NCBI GenBank assembly: GCA_039924845.1
Contig: JBDTAC010000073.1
Coordinates: 8,614 to 72,613 of the forward strand
Length of the DNA stretch: 64,000 nt
DNA from: Bacteroidia bacterium
Lineage (GTDB): Bacteria > Bacteroidota > Bacteroidia > DATLTG01
Direction of reading: 5' to 3'
The notes under the pieces are model-generated. The model had not been told where the DNA came from. It saw only the letters and a list, made by a program, of their open reading frames with translations, and ran no database searches. Position numbers and translations under genes: made by a program. Shown here piece after piece: positions 29,562-39,331 of the stretch. How positions within the stretch are numbered: position 1 is the first letter of the stretch; every line of letters starts with the position of its first letter.

Positions 29562-30674
29562 TTGCATATCGTGTCTTTTAACGTTCCTTTTCCGGCAAAT
29601 TACGGAGGAGTGATCGATATTTTTTATAAAATAAAAGCACTGCATCAACTCGGAATAAAAATTCATTTGCATTGTTTTCAATACGGAAGAACGGAAAGTA
29701 AAGAGCTCGAAAAATATTGTGAAAGTGTAAATTATTATCCTCGAAAAAATAATTTTTCGAATGCATTTCATTATCTGCCATACATTGTAGCAAGCAGAAG
29801 TTCCGAAAAATTGATGCAGAATATTTTAAAAAACGATGCGCCTATTTTATTTGAAGGCTTGCATTCTTGTCATTTTTTGAATGATGCACGCATTAAAAAT
29901 CGTTTGAAAATTTATCGCGAAAGCAATATCGAACATCACTATTATTGGCATCTTTTTAAATCAGAAAAAAATGTGTTCAAAAAAATATTTTTTCTGAGCG
30001 AGTATTTTAAACTTTTATTTTATCAAAAAATACTCAAATATTCAGATTTAATGCTTGTTGTAAGTGAAGCAGATAAAAAATATTTGCACGAAAAATTTCC
30101 GAATAAAAAAATAATTTATTTGACCAGCTTTCATGGAAATGAAAAATTAAATTCCATTACTGGAAAAGGAAATTACGTTTTGTATCACGGAAATTTATCT
30201 GTTGCAGAAAATGAAAATGCCGCAATGTATTTGCTTAAAACTATTTTTTCGGAGACTGAAATTCCTTTTAAAATTGCAGGACTAAACCCTTCGGAGCGAT
30301 TGAAAAAGACAATTGCTTCTTTTAAAAATGTAGAGTTGATAGAAAATCCGGACGATGCGAAAATGCAAGATTTAGTACAGCAAGCACATGTCCATTTTTT
30401 AATTACGTTTCAAGCAACGGGTTTAAAATTAAAATTATTAAATACGCTTTATAACGGTCGGTTTTGCTTGGTAAATAAGAATATGTTGAGCGGAACAAAT
30501 TTGGAAAATGTGTGTTGTGTGGCTGATACTGCGGAGGAAATGAAGCAAAAATTAAAAGAACTTTTTGAAATCGAATTTACTTCATCGGAAATAGAAAAAC
30601 GAAAAGGCGTTTTGAAAAATTATTTTTCTGACGAAGAAAATGCAAAGAAAATCAACGAATTAATTTTCGGATAA
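29562..30674 (+). CDS. glycosyltransferase family 1 (GT-B fold); start uncertain
   Basis: HIVSFNVPFPANYGGVIDIF N-terminus and a C-terminal GT1 domain. The ORF-track start ATG 29370 overlaps the upstream gene by 172 nt. The first in-frame start after the upstream stop is TTG 29562 (GTG 29571 is an alternative). Confidence 0.6.
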   Translation: MHIVSFNVPFPANYGGVIDIFYKIKALHQLGIKIHLHCFQYGRTESKELEKYCESVNYYPRKNNFSNAFHYLPYIVASRSSEKLMQNILKNDAPILFEGLHSCHFLNDARIKNRLKIYRESNIEHHYYWHLFKSEKNVFKKIFFLSEYFKLLFYQKILKYSDLMLVVSEADKKYLHEKFPNKKIIYLTSFHGNEKLNSITGKGNYVLYHGNLSVAENENAAMYLLKTIFSETEIPFKIAGLNPSERLKKTIASFKNVELIENPDDAKMQDLVQQAHVHFLITFQATGLKLKLLNTLYNGRFCLVNKNMLSGTNLENVCCVADTAEEMKQKLKELFEIEFTSSEIEKRKGVLKNYFSDEENAKKINELIFG

Positions 30675-31334
30675 TACGTGTCCATTTTCGCATTTGATAG
30701 TGCGCGAAGGAAACTTCTGAAATAGTAGAATGTCATGAGTTGCCACCAAAATTGCCCTTCCATTTTTACTAATATCGAACAACAATTTAATGATACCTTC
30801 GGAAGTTTCTGGATCCAAATTTCCGGTTGGTTCATCCGCTAAAATAACTTCCGGATCATTTATCAAAGCACGTGCAATGGACACTCTTTGTTGCTCTCCG
30901 CCCGAAAGTTCGTGCGGCATTTTAAATCCTTTTGTTTCCAAACCTACTTTTAAAAGAACATCTTGCATACGCGCTTGCATCGCCGCTTTGTCTTTCCAGC
31001 CAGTGGCTTTCATTACAAATAAAAGATTGTCGTTGATGGTGCGATCGCTTAATAATTGAAAATCTTGAAAAACAATTCCGAGTTTTCTTCTTAAAAATGG
31101 AATTTCTTTTCGCTTAATGGTTTTTAAATTATAGCCAGCAATGGACGCTTCGCCTTGGTTTAAGTGTAAATCCGCATAAAGCGTTTTTAATAAACTACTT
31201 TTTCCGCTACCCGTTTTTCCTACCAAATAAACAAATTCGCCTTTGTCGATTGCCAATGAAACATTGGATAGCACCATGTTTTGCTGTTGAAAAATAGAAA
31301 CATTTTCTAATTGAATGATATTATCGAGCGCCAT
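30660..31334 (-). CDS. ftsE: FtsE-like ABC transporter ATP-binding protein
   Basis: 224 aa. Walker A GKTGSGKSS, LSGGEQQR signature and Walker B ILADEPTGNLD. No ftsX is adjacent. Confidence 0.8.
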   Translation of the reverse strand: MALDNIIQLENVSIFQQQNMVLSNVSLAIDKGEFVYLVGKTGSGKSSLLKTLYADLHLNQGEASIAGYNLKTIKRKEIPFLRRKLGIVFQDFQLLSDRTINDNLLFVMKATGWKDKAAMQARMQDVLLKVGLETKGFKMPHELSGGEQQRVSIARALINDPEVILADEPTGNLDPETSEGIIKLLFDISKNGRAILVATHDILLFQKFPSRTIKCENGHVLSEN

Positions 31335-31457
31335 TTTTTGAAAAAATATTTTTAATAGATAATTTACAAAAATAGAAAATTAATTTTTGTAATATTGATT
31401 TCTCTTTCGATTCGTTGTAATTGAATTTTTTTAAATAAAATCTATAAAAATAAAAAC

Positions 31458-32105
31458 ATGAAAAAAATATTTTTGATTGCCGGTATTTGCTTGATGGCTA
31501 CACAAAGCTTTTCACAATCGTTTTATAAAAATGCCTTGGTAACCACTTTGGATTTTGGTTTTGATGTTTATCAGGTAGATTATCATTATCAATTGATTGG
31601 AACGAATGTTATAAAAGATAATAAGAATGGAGCTGCTTCCAGAAGTCTTGTTATTGGCGGAGAATATGGCTTGGCGAATTGGTTTGGAATTGGATTGTTG
31701 CTAAAACCGGAAACGTATTATACAAAATATGATACTTCTACAGGTTCAACGCCAACAGCAAAAAGTTTTGATGCTACTTTACTTTTGAATTTTCACGTTA
31801 TTCGGTCGGCACATTTTGATCTTCCATTGGGATTAAATTTAGGATTTTCGCACTTGCAATACAATGAAAATGATTTTGGGAATAATCAAATTTACGGTGC
31901 GGGCAGTTATGTTGATTTTCACATTAATCCGCGATTTTATTTTCAACGTTTTGGTTTGAATGCAGATGTGAGTTTCCCAATTATTAATTATAGCAATATG
32001 ACCAGTAATAATAGCACATTTAATCAATATGTGTTGGCAGATTGGAAAGGAAGTGGTGTTGGTTTTTCAATTGGGTTTCAATACCGTTTTTTGAATGGAA
32101 AATAA
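31458..32105 (+). CDS. small outer-membrane beta-barrel protein, hypothetical
   Basis: 215 aa. Signal peptide; alternating hydrophobic beta-strand pattern ending in an aromatic-rich motif. Confidence 0.5.
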   Translation: MKKIFLIAGICLMATQSFSQSFYKNALVTTLDFGFDVYQVDYHYQLIGTNVIKDNKNGAASRSLVIGGEYGLANWFGIGLLLKPETYYTKYDTSTGSTPTAKSFDATLLLNFHVIRSAHFDLPLGLNLGFSHLQYNENDFGNNQIYGAGSYVDFHINPRFYFQRFGLNADVSFPIINYSNMTSNNSTFNQYVLADWKGSGVGFSIGFQYRFLNGK

Positions 32106-32128
32106 AATTTTCGAAAAAAGAGGAAATG

Positions 32129-32170
32129 AAAAAAGGGCTTTGAAAAATTAATTTTTCAAAGCCCTTTTTT
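32129..32170. terminator. bidirectional terminator A6-gggctttgaaaaattaatttttcaaagccc-T6
   Basis: Perfect 30-bp palindrome flanked by A- and T-runs, between convergent genes. Confidence 0.8.
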
Positions 32171-32187
32171 ATGTTTTTTATTATTAC

Positions 32188-33366
32188 TTATTTCACGCTG
32201 ATCAGTTGTACATCAAATGTAAGCGTTGCTTTTGCAGGAATAACAGGCGGTCTACCTTGTTCTCCATACGCTAAATTATACGGAATAATCAATCTGAATT
32301 TATCGCCTTCGTGCATCAATGCAATGCCTTCTTCCCAACCGGGTATTACTCTTTTTTCGCCTAACGGAAATTCAATTGGTTGCCCACGTTCAACGGAAGA
32401 ATCGAAAATGCTACCATCCTCTAAATAACCGGTATAATCTACTTTTACCGTTTTTCCCGCTTCTGCTTTAGCACCAGTACCTTGGCTTATCACAATGTAT
32501 TGTAAACCACTTGCAGTTGTTTGCACTTTTTTTCCTTGAATATCATAAGGAGTGGGTTTAGGCTCTGGTGCAATATTTATCATTTCCACATCAAAAACCA
32601 AAGTAGCTGCGGGAGGAATAGGACCATACCCTTTTTCGCCATACGCAATGTTATACGGAATAATCAATCGCGCTTTATCACCTTTGTGAAGCAATAGCAA
32701 GGCCTCGTCCCAACCTTTAATTACTTGTCCTTTACCCACATTAAACGAAAAAGGTTCTCCGCGTTGAACAGAAGAGTCAAACATTTTTCCGTCCAATAAA
32801 TAACCGCTGTAATTCACGGTAACTTTATCTCCTTTTACTGCTTTAATACTATCAGGATTTGATTTTACGAGAATGTATTTTAATCCGGAAGCAGTTGTAA
32901 TGGTATCTTTTCCTGCAATATCAAAAGGACGAGGAGCAGGAGTTACTTTTACCAATTCCACATCAAATTTAAGCGTAGAATTGGCAGGAATTTTTCCTAC
33001 TACTTTATCTGCGTAAGCCAAACTTGGAGGAACAACAAATGATGCTTTGTCACCTTCGTGCATTAGCATAATTCCTTCGTCCCAACCTTTTATTACATCT
33101 CCATCTCCAATTCGGAAAGTATAGGCTTTTCCGTGTTTTTCAGATGCATCAAAAACGGTATCGTTCATTAATTTTCCCACATAATTTACCGTTACCATAT
33201 CGCCTTTTTGTGGCTGAATGCCGGTTCCTTTAGTAGTAATCATATACTGCAATCCGTCCGAAGTTGTTGTCATTACGGGAGCTTTTGGCGTTTTACGAAA
33301 TAGCTTGCACGAAGGGAAAATTAAAATTCCGACAGCAGCACATACGATAAAAATATTTTTTTTCAT
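32188..33366 (-). CDS. FKBP-type peptidyl-prolyl cis-trans isomerase lipoprotein with three tandem FKBP domains
   Basis: 392 aa. Lipoprotein signal (...LIFPSC). Three repeats of the FKBP_C signature (GDxVxVxYxGxLxDGxxFDSS...GxGxVIxGWDEG...PxxLAYG). Confidence 0.85.
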   Translation of the reverse strand: MKKNIFIVCAAVGILIFPSCKLFRKTPKAPVMTTTSDGLQYMITTKGTGIQPQKGDMVTVNYVGKLMNDTVFDASEKHGKAYTFRIGDGDVIKGWDEGIMLMHEGDKASFVVPPSLAYADKVVGKIPANSTLKFDVELVKVTPAPRPFDIAGKDTITTASGLKYILVKSNPDSIKAVKGDKVTVNYSGYLLDGKMFDSSVQRGEPFSFNVGKGQVIKGWDEALLLLHKGDKARLIIPYNIAYGEKGYGPIPPAATLVFDVEMINIAPEPKPTPYDIQGKKVQTTASGLQYIVISQGTGAKAEAGKTVKVDYTGYLEDGSIFDSSVERGQPIEFPLGEKRVIPGWEEGIALMHEGDKFRLIIPYNLAYGEQGRPPVIPAKATLTFDVQLISVK

Positions 33367-33388
33367 TCTGATTTAATGGATTGAAAAA

Positions 33389-34333
33389 TTATTTTTTTGC
33401 AACTGATTTTCCTTTGATTATTTTCACGATACTGATATCAAACAATAAAGGAGAATACGGTTGTATCATTCCGCCCGGAGACATTTCACCATAAGCCATT
33501 GATGATGGGATCAAAACTTCTGCTTGTTCACCTTCGTTCATCATTTGCAATACTTCATCCCAACCTTTGATAACAGCATTTACTCCAACTGGAAATTTAA
33601 CCGGTTTAGAATTCGCGCCTCTATCAGAAGTATCAAATACAGTTCCGTCCAACAACATGCCTTTGTAAGTTACTTGCACTGTATCTCCAGCAATTGCTTT
33701 CGGACCTTTTCCTTTTGTTTTTTCGATGAAATAAATTCCACTTGCAGTTGGTGCTACGGTAATTTTATTATCCGTAATGTATTTTTGAATGGTTCCTGCT
33801 TCTTGTCCTTTACGCAAATCAGTTTCAGCTTTTCTTTTTTGCATTGCCTCTTGCTGCTCTTTTTGAGCTTCTTCTTTCGACATAACACCCACTAATTTTA
33901 CTTCAAACGTAAGCATTGTACCAGCTTCCGCATATTTTGGAAGTGTTTTTGCTTTGAATGTTTTTAAATAAACAGAATCGGAGCTAAGTTTGAAACTTGC
34001 GCTATCGCCTACGGACATCATACTTAAGGCATCTTCAAAACTTCCTTGGAAAGTGGATTTTGCCAAAGGAAAACGGATAGCACCGCTGCTATCTCTCGAA
34101 AATCTTTTTGAATCAAACAGAGTAGAATCCTTCCCGTTTTTATACAACATTTTTACGGAAACAATGTCTCCTTCTTTTGGATGTTGTCCTTTGTCATTTT
34201 GTTTGTAAAATTTGTAATACAAACCTGTTGTATCTTTTTTGTAACCAGGATAAGGTGATTGGCTGCACGATGCGAAAATAAAAATTCCGGAAGTGAGCAA
34301 TAATACGCTTGTTTTGAAAGAAAAAATTTTCAT
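33389..34333 (-). CDS. FKBP-type peptidyl-prolyl isomerase lipoprotein (FkpA-like, N-domain + FKBP)
   Basis: 314 aa. Lipobox ...FASCSQ and a C-terminal FKBP domain (GDTVQVTYKGMLLDGTVFDTS...VIKGWDE). Confidence 0.8.
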   Translation of the reverse strand: MKIFSFKTSVLLLTSGIFIFASCSQSPYPGYKKDTTGLYYKFYKQNDKGQHPKEGDIVSVKMLYKNGKDSTLFDSKRFSRDSSGAIRFPLAKSTFQGSFEDALSMMSVGDSASFKLSSDSVYLKTFKAKTLPKYAEAGTMLTFEVKLVGVMSKEEAQKEQQEAMQKRKAETDLRKGQEAGTIQKYITDNKITVAPTASGIYFIEKTKGKGPKAIAGDTVQVTYKGMLLDGTVFDTSDRGANSKPVKFPVGVNAVIKGWDEVLQMMNEGEQAEVLIPSSMAYGEMSPGGMIQPYSPLLFDISIVKIIKGKSVAKK

Positions 34334-34364
34334 GTTTTTTGAATTGATTGTTTTTAATTTATTT

Positions 34365-35258
34365 TTAATTGACGTTTAAAAGTTCTACTTCGTAAATAAC
34401 TGTTGTGTATGGTGGCACCATTTTATTGGATGAACCATTTTCCCCAAAAGCAAGTTGCGAAGGTATAATAAATTTTGCTTTCCCACCTTGTTTCATTAAA
34501 GAAATTCCGGAAGCGAGCCCTGCAATAACCTGATCCTGCTCTCCCAATACAAATTCGAACGGTACGCGTGTGGAATCAAACAATCGTCCATCCATAAAAT
34601 AACCTTTATAATTAACTCTTACAGATGTTCCTTCTTCTGCATTTTTTCCCGTTCCGTCCTTTTCAGGGAGATAATAAATACCGCTCGAAATGGGTGAAAG
34701 ATTTAATTTTTCAGTTTTTAAATAGTGCTGTAATTTTTCGCGTTCTATCAAATCCATATCGTCCGTCATTTCTTGTAGATGCGCCATTTCTTTGCTGTAT
34801 TCATCCGCCGTTAAAATTTTCACCAATTTGGTTTCTATTTTTACCAAACTTCCGGAGTGGATAAAAACGGGCAAGGTTTTCAGTTTCAAAAATTGATTGC
34901 AAAGAGAATCTGCATTCACTAAAAAGGTCAAACTATCACCTTCGTTCATTTCTGGAAAATATTCTTCAAAACTTCCTGAAAAACTTGGTTTGCTTTTAAA
35001 AGGAATAAACGCTGCGCCATCACTGTATAAAGCTTCTTGCGTATTTAAAAATACGGAATCTTTTTCCGTTTTATATACCATTTGTAATTCCAAATAATTT
35101 CCGATAACGGGGCGTTTACGACTGTCTTCGAAAGATTGTAATTTGTAAAATAAACCAGAATCTGTTTCTGTAAAACCAACGTGTTTTTCTGTTTTTTTCT
35201 GACACGAAAAAACAAAACAAAGAGAACTAAAAAGGAGTAGAAAAAATATTTTTTTCAA
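34365..35258 (-). CDS. FKBP-type peptidyl-prolyl isomerase lipoprotein
   Basis: 297 aa. Lipobox ...VFSCQ and a C-terminal FKBP domain (GTSVRVNYKGYFMDGRLFDST...VIAGLASG). Confidence 0.8.
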   Translation of the reverse strand: MKKIFFLLLFSSLCFVFSCQKKTEKHVGFTETDSGLFYKLQSFEDSRKRPVIGNYLELQMVYKTEKDSVFLNTQEALYSDGAAFIPFKSKPSFSGSFEEYFPEMNEGDSLTFLVNADSLCNQFLKLKTLPVFIHSGSLVKIETKLVKILTADEYSKEMAHLQEMTDDMDLIEREKLQHYLKTEKLNLSPISSGIYYLPEKDGTGKNAEEGTSVRVNYKGYFMDGRLFDSTRVPFEFVLGEQDQVIAGLASGISLMKQGGKAKFIIPSQLAFGENGSSNKMVPPYTTVIYEVELLNVN

Positions 35259-35264
35259 ACAGAT

Positions 35265-35810
35265 TTATTTTAAAGATACCAATTCAAGATCATACACTAC
35301 ACTGGCTTTCGGCGGAATTTTTTCACGATCACCCACCATTCCTGCTGCCAAGTTAGAAGGTAAAATGAAAACGGCTTTATCGCCCACGTGCATCAGTTGC
35401 ACGGCTTCGTGCAATCCGGTTTCTACTTGGTCTTTACCAATCAAAAAACTTTTCAAACCTTCTTTGTCTGACGAATAACAAAGCGTGCCGTCCAACAAAC
35501 TAATCGTAAATTTCACTACCGCCGTTTCACCTGCTTTGGCTTGTTCGCCGTTTCCTTTTTGATAAATCCAATAATAAATTCCGGATGCAGTAGCTTGCAT
35601 ATTGTAATGATGGTGATGGATGTATTCTTGAATTTCATCGCGTTCCTGTACGGCAAACATGGTGTTGGAATTAATCAATTTTGTATTCACTTCCACTTGA
35701 GAAAGTGTGTCGGCAGGATTTATTTTTTCGTCTGTTGCGTTATTATTACACGCTTGCGCGAACATTAAAACGGCACTTAAAAAAAACAGTTTCAAAAAAT
35801 AATTTTTCAC
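35265..35810 (-). CDS. FKBP-type peptidyl-prolyl isomerase lipoprotein (GldI-like size/architecture); GTG start
   Basis: 181 aa. Lipobox MFAQAC and a single FKBP domain. The only in-frame start upstream of the signal peptide is GTG at 35810. Confidence 0.7.
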   Translation of the reverse strand: MKNYFLKLFFLSAVLMFAQACNNNATDEKINPADTLSQVEVNTKLINSNTMFAVQERDEIQEYIHHHHYNMQATASGIYYWIYQKGNGEQAKAGETAVVKFTISLLDGTLCYSSDKEGLKSFLIGKDQVETGLHEAVQLMHVGDKAVFILPSNLAAGMVGDREKIPPKASVVYDLELVSLK

Positions 35811-35820
35811 GAGGATAATA

Positions 35821-36831
35821 TTAGATAATTTCAGATTTGTATTCTTCCAGCACTAAAATAAATTTATCTACCGTCTCTTTCATTGATAGTTGAGAAGCGC
35901 CACCAGCAGCATTTTTATGTCCACCGCCATCAAAATGTTTGCGTGCAAAAAGGTTCACGTCAAAATTTCCTTTCGAACGAAAAGAAGTTTTTATAAGTCC
36001 GTCGCGTTCCGCAAAAAAAGCTGCTAATTTAATATCTCTTATAGAAAGGGCATAATTTACAAACCCTTCTGTATCGCCTTTTTTACATTTGAATTTTTTT
36101 TGTTCCGCTTCATCCAGCGTGATGTAAGCAGTATTAAATTGAGGTAATACTTTCAGTTTTTCATTTAAACAAAAACCCAATAAATGAATTTTATCTTCCG
36201 AATTGTCATCGTAAATACGGTTGTGAATTTCTGCGTGATTCGCTCCTACTTCTAATAAACAGGCAATGGCGCGATGTGTTTGCGCCGAAGTGGAAGGAAA
36301 TCGGAACGACCCAGTATCCGTCATAATGCCTGTGTACAAACATTCTGCGACACTTTTGTTTATTTTATTTTCATCTCCAAGAAGGCAAATAAAATCAAAA
36401 ACCAATTCAGCGGTAGATGATTTTTTTACATCGTGATGGAAAATTTGAGCAATTGGATCGGGTTGCAAATGGTGATCAATCATTATTTTGAAAGCTGCGG
36501 ATTCTTCAATGTGTTTTCCTAATTCGTCGATGCGTTTCAAGGAATTAAAATCCAACAAGAAAATAATTTCGGCTTCGTTTACCGATTTTATCGAATTAAC
36601 GGGATCTTTTTGATAATTGAGAATTTTATCGTTTCCTTCCATCCAATTTAAAAAAGGCGGATAATCATTCGGCACAATTACTTTTACATCGTGTTTTCCG
36701 AGAAGTAAATAATTATACAAACCCAAGGAAGAACCAATGGCATCACCATCTGGTGACCAGTGTGTTACCAAAATTATTTTTTTGGGATGAGTTAATAATT
36801 CTTGAATTTTTTCGATTTCTATTGTTGTCAA
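35821..36831 (-). CDS. DHH family phosphoesterase (NrnA-like bifunctional oligoribonuclease/pAp phosphatase)
   Basis: 336 aa. DHH motifs (HWSPDGDAIGS, IMIDHH) and a DHHA1 C-terminal GGGH motif. Confidence 0.8.
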   Translation of the reverse strand: MTTIEIEKIQELLTHPKKIILVTHWSPDGDAIGSSLGLYNYLLLGKHDVKVIVPNDYPPFLNWMEGNDKILNYQKDPVNSIKSVNEAEIIFLLDFNSLKRIDELGKHIEESAAFKIMIDHHLQPDPIAQIFHHDVKKSSTAELVFDFICLLGDENKINKSVAECLYTGIMTDTGSFRFPSTSAQTHRAIACLLEVGANHAEIHNRIYDDNSEDKIHLLGFCLNEKLKVLPQFNTAYITLDEAEQKKFKCKKGDTEGFVNYALSIRDIKLAAFFAERDGLIKTSFRSKGNFDVNLFARKHFDGGGHKNAAGGASQLSMKETVDKFILVLEEYKSEII

Positions 36832-36862
36832 AATTTTTTTTTGAAAAGGAATGCAAATTTAG

Positions 36863-36899
36863 AAAACTGTTTGGATGTAGCTTCAAAAAATTATTTTTT
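36863..36899. repeat. 37-nt perfect direct repeat, left copy (aaaactgtttggatgtagcttcaaaaaattatttttt)
   Basis: Identical to 39236-39272. Contains TTTG...(18 nt)...TTATTTTT, which resembles a Bacteroidetes sigmaA -33/-7 promoter, and ends in the A/T word. Confidence 0.7.
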
Positions 36900-36971
36900 A
36901 TAATCTATTTAAGATTTGGAAAAAAAAGGTAGTTTCGCGGTCTATTTTTAAACTAATAATAAAAAAAATTT

Positions 36972-39170
36972 ATGAAAAAAACATTACTTTCTTTTTTGAG
37001 TGCTGCTGCTTTCTGCCTGATGGCATTAAACGGTAACGCTACGGGTTGTATTCCGAACTATCCTGCAGGATGCGGGGTTGCAACTATTTCTATTCCATCT
37101 GGAGGGGCAACTAATGGTTGGTCTCCATGGCAATATATTTTTGGAGATCCAATTCCGAGTGGTTCGTATATCACAGGAATAGATTTAACATATACTGCTG
37201 TTGATCAAGGATGGGGAGGAACAGGCGCAAATAGTACTATGAATGTACAAGGTGTTAATATTGGTTATGGCACGCTTCTACATACTTCTCAAACTTTTAA
37301 CCTCACTTACTCGGGGACTTTTCCAAATTATAGATACGGAATGAATGATACGTTAAGTATGTATTTCGTTGGATGGAGTGGTTGGCAAGCCAACTGGCAA
37401 GGTGGAACAATGACAATTCATTATAGTAACTTGCCTATTGTAACAAGCCAATGTGGTGTTTCTCTTACAGCACCAACTACCACAAATACTTGTGCTGCAA
37501 CAATTACTGGTACTACAGCTACTGTTTTTCCGGATACTGCACAAGGCGCAAGTATAGTTAATTGGCAATTCGCGAGTGGCTTGGATACTATTATCGTTGG
37601 TCAAAAAGTTATTATTCATGACACGATTGCTCCTGTTCCTAATGCTGCATCGTTACCAAATGTTACAGCACAATGTACCATCGATTCAATAATACCACCA
37701 ACAGCAACAGATAATTGTACTGGTACTATTACAGGAACGACAACTACTGTATTTCCGATTTCGGCTCATGACACTACCATTGTTATTTGGACGTTTAGAG
37801 ATGGGCACGGAAACACTTCCACTCAAAGTCAAAATGTAATTATTAATGATATTACCCCTCCAAATCCTCCTGTAGGAGTTTTGCCTGGAACTGTGGTAGT
37901 TACTATTCCATCTGGAGGGGCAACTAATGGTTGGTCTCCATGGCAATATATTTTTGCAGATCCAATTCCGAGTGGTTCTTACATCACGGGAATAGACTTA
38001 ACCTATACTGCCGTTGATCAAGGATGGGGAGGAACAGGCGCGAACAGCACTATAAATATCCAAGGGATTAATATGGGTTATGGTACACTTCTACATACTC
38101 CACAAACTTTTAATCTCAGTTACACTGGGGCTTTTCCAAACTATAGATACGGAATGAATGATACGTTAAGTATGTATTTCGTTGGATGGGGCGGTTGGCA
38201 AGCCAATTGGCAAGGTGGAGTGATGACAATTCATTACAGTAGTTTACCTGTTGTTACAAGCCAATGTACTGTTGCTTCCATAACAGCACCAACAACTACG
38301 GATAATTGTGCAGGTACTATTACTGGTACAACAACTACGGTATTCCCTATTTCAACGCAAGGTACAACCGTTGTTAATTGGAAATTTACAGATAATAATT
38401 CAAATTCGATCACAATACCTCAAACGGTTATTATCCATGATACAATTGCTCCAGTTCCTAACGTGGCATCTTTGTCAAATGTAACAAGTCAATGTACAAT
38501 TGATTCGGTAACCGCACCAACAGCAATGGATAATTGTGCTGGAACGATAACAGGAACAACAACTACAGTATTTCCGATTTCAACACAAGGTACAACAGTA
38601 GTTACTTGGACGTTTAACGATGGTAATGGGAATACATTTACCCAAAGCCAAAATGTAATTGTCCGCGATACAATTGCTCCTGCATCAGATTCTACATCTT
38701 TGATAGATGTTGTAAGTTGTGTGCCAATTGACTCAATTGCTGCTCCATTTGGGACAGATAATTGCATGGGCTCTGTTAGAGGGACAACGACCACAACGTT
38801 TCCGATATCTACTGTTGGAACAACTGTAGTTACTTGGACGTTTAGTGACGGTAATGGAAACTCATCTACTCAAACTCAAAATGCAATTGTTGAGAATTGT
38901 ACAGGTATAGCAACTTATACAGAATCAAATTCATTCAATGTTTTTCCTAATCCAACTTCTGGAATGTTTACTATTGTTGAAGGAAATACGAGTTTGATTG
39001 AGAACTCTACAATAACAATTAGTGATATTCTAGGAAAACAAATCTACAGTATTCAACCAGGTAAATTGCAAACATTAGTTGATTTGCGCGAATACACAAA
39101 TGGAGTATATTTTGTTAGAATAAGTTCAAAAAACAGTGTAAAAACGATTAGATTGGTACTCATCAAATAA
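36972..39170 (+). CDS. T9SS C-terminal sorting-domain (type A) surface protein with six HYR-like repeats and two copies of a ~125-aa N-terminal module
   Basis: 732 aa. Signal peptide, HYR-like TDNC.GTITGTTTTVFP repeats, and a C-terminal Por secretion tail (...NVFPNPTSGMFTI...GVYFVRI...). Confidence 0.8.
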   Translation: MKKTLLSFLSAAAFCLMALNGNATGCIPNYPAGCGVATISIPSGGATNGWSPWQYIFGDPIPSGSYITGIDLTYTAVDQGWGGTGANSTMNVQGVNIGYGTLLHTSQTFNLTYSGTFPNYRYGMNDTLSMYFVGWSGWQANWQGGTMTIHYSNLPIVTSQCGVSLTAPTTTNTCAATITGTTATVFPDTAQGASIVNWQFASGLDTIIVGQKVIIHDTIAPVPNAASLPNVTAQCTIDSIIPPTATDNCTGTITGTTTTVFPISAHDTTIVIWTFRDGHGNTSTQSQNVIINDITPPNPPVGVLPGTVVVTIPSGGATNGWSPWQYIFADPIPSGSYITGIDLTYTAVDQGWGGTGANSTINIQGINMGYGTLLHTPQTFNLSYTGAFPNYRYGMNDTLSMYFVGWGGWQANWQGGVMTIHYSSLPVVTSQCTVASITAPTTTDNCAGTITGTTTTVFPISTQGTTVVNWKFTDNNSNSITIPQTVIIHDTIAPVPNVASLSNVTSQCTIDSVTAPTAMDNCAGTITGTTTTVFPISTQGTTVVTWTFNDGNGNTFTQSQNVIVRDTIAPASDSTSLIDVVSCVPIDSIAAPFGTDNCMGSVRGTTTTTFPISTVGTTVVTWTFSDGNGNSSTQTQNAIVENCTGIATYTESNSFNVFPNPTSGMFTIVEGNTSLIENSTITISDILGKQIYSIQPGKLQTLVDLREYTNGVYFVRISSKNSVKTIRLVLIK

Positions 39171-39190
39171 TTGTAAAACACCATAATTTA

Positions 39191-39224
39191 AGGGCTGTCT
39201 TAATACAAGACAGCCCTTTTTTTG
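39191..39224 (+). terminator. rho-independent terminator agggctgtctt-aataca-agacagccct + T7
   Basis: 10-bp G/C-rich stem, 6-nt loop and a U-run immediately downstream of the stop at 39170. Confidence 0.85.
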
Positions 39225-39235
39225 TTATTAATTAT

Positions 39236-39272
39236 AAAACTGTTTGGATGTAGCTTCAAAAAATTATTTTTT
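39236..39272. repeat. 37-nt perfect direct repeat, right copy
   Basis: Identical to 36863-36899. It lies 60 bp upstream of the esterase gene. Confidence 0.7.
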
Positions 39273-39331
39273 TGATTTTCTTTATCTTCGTCAAAAAATA
39301 AATGATGTATAGAGAAGAACAGCAATATAAA

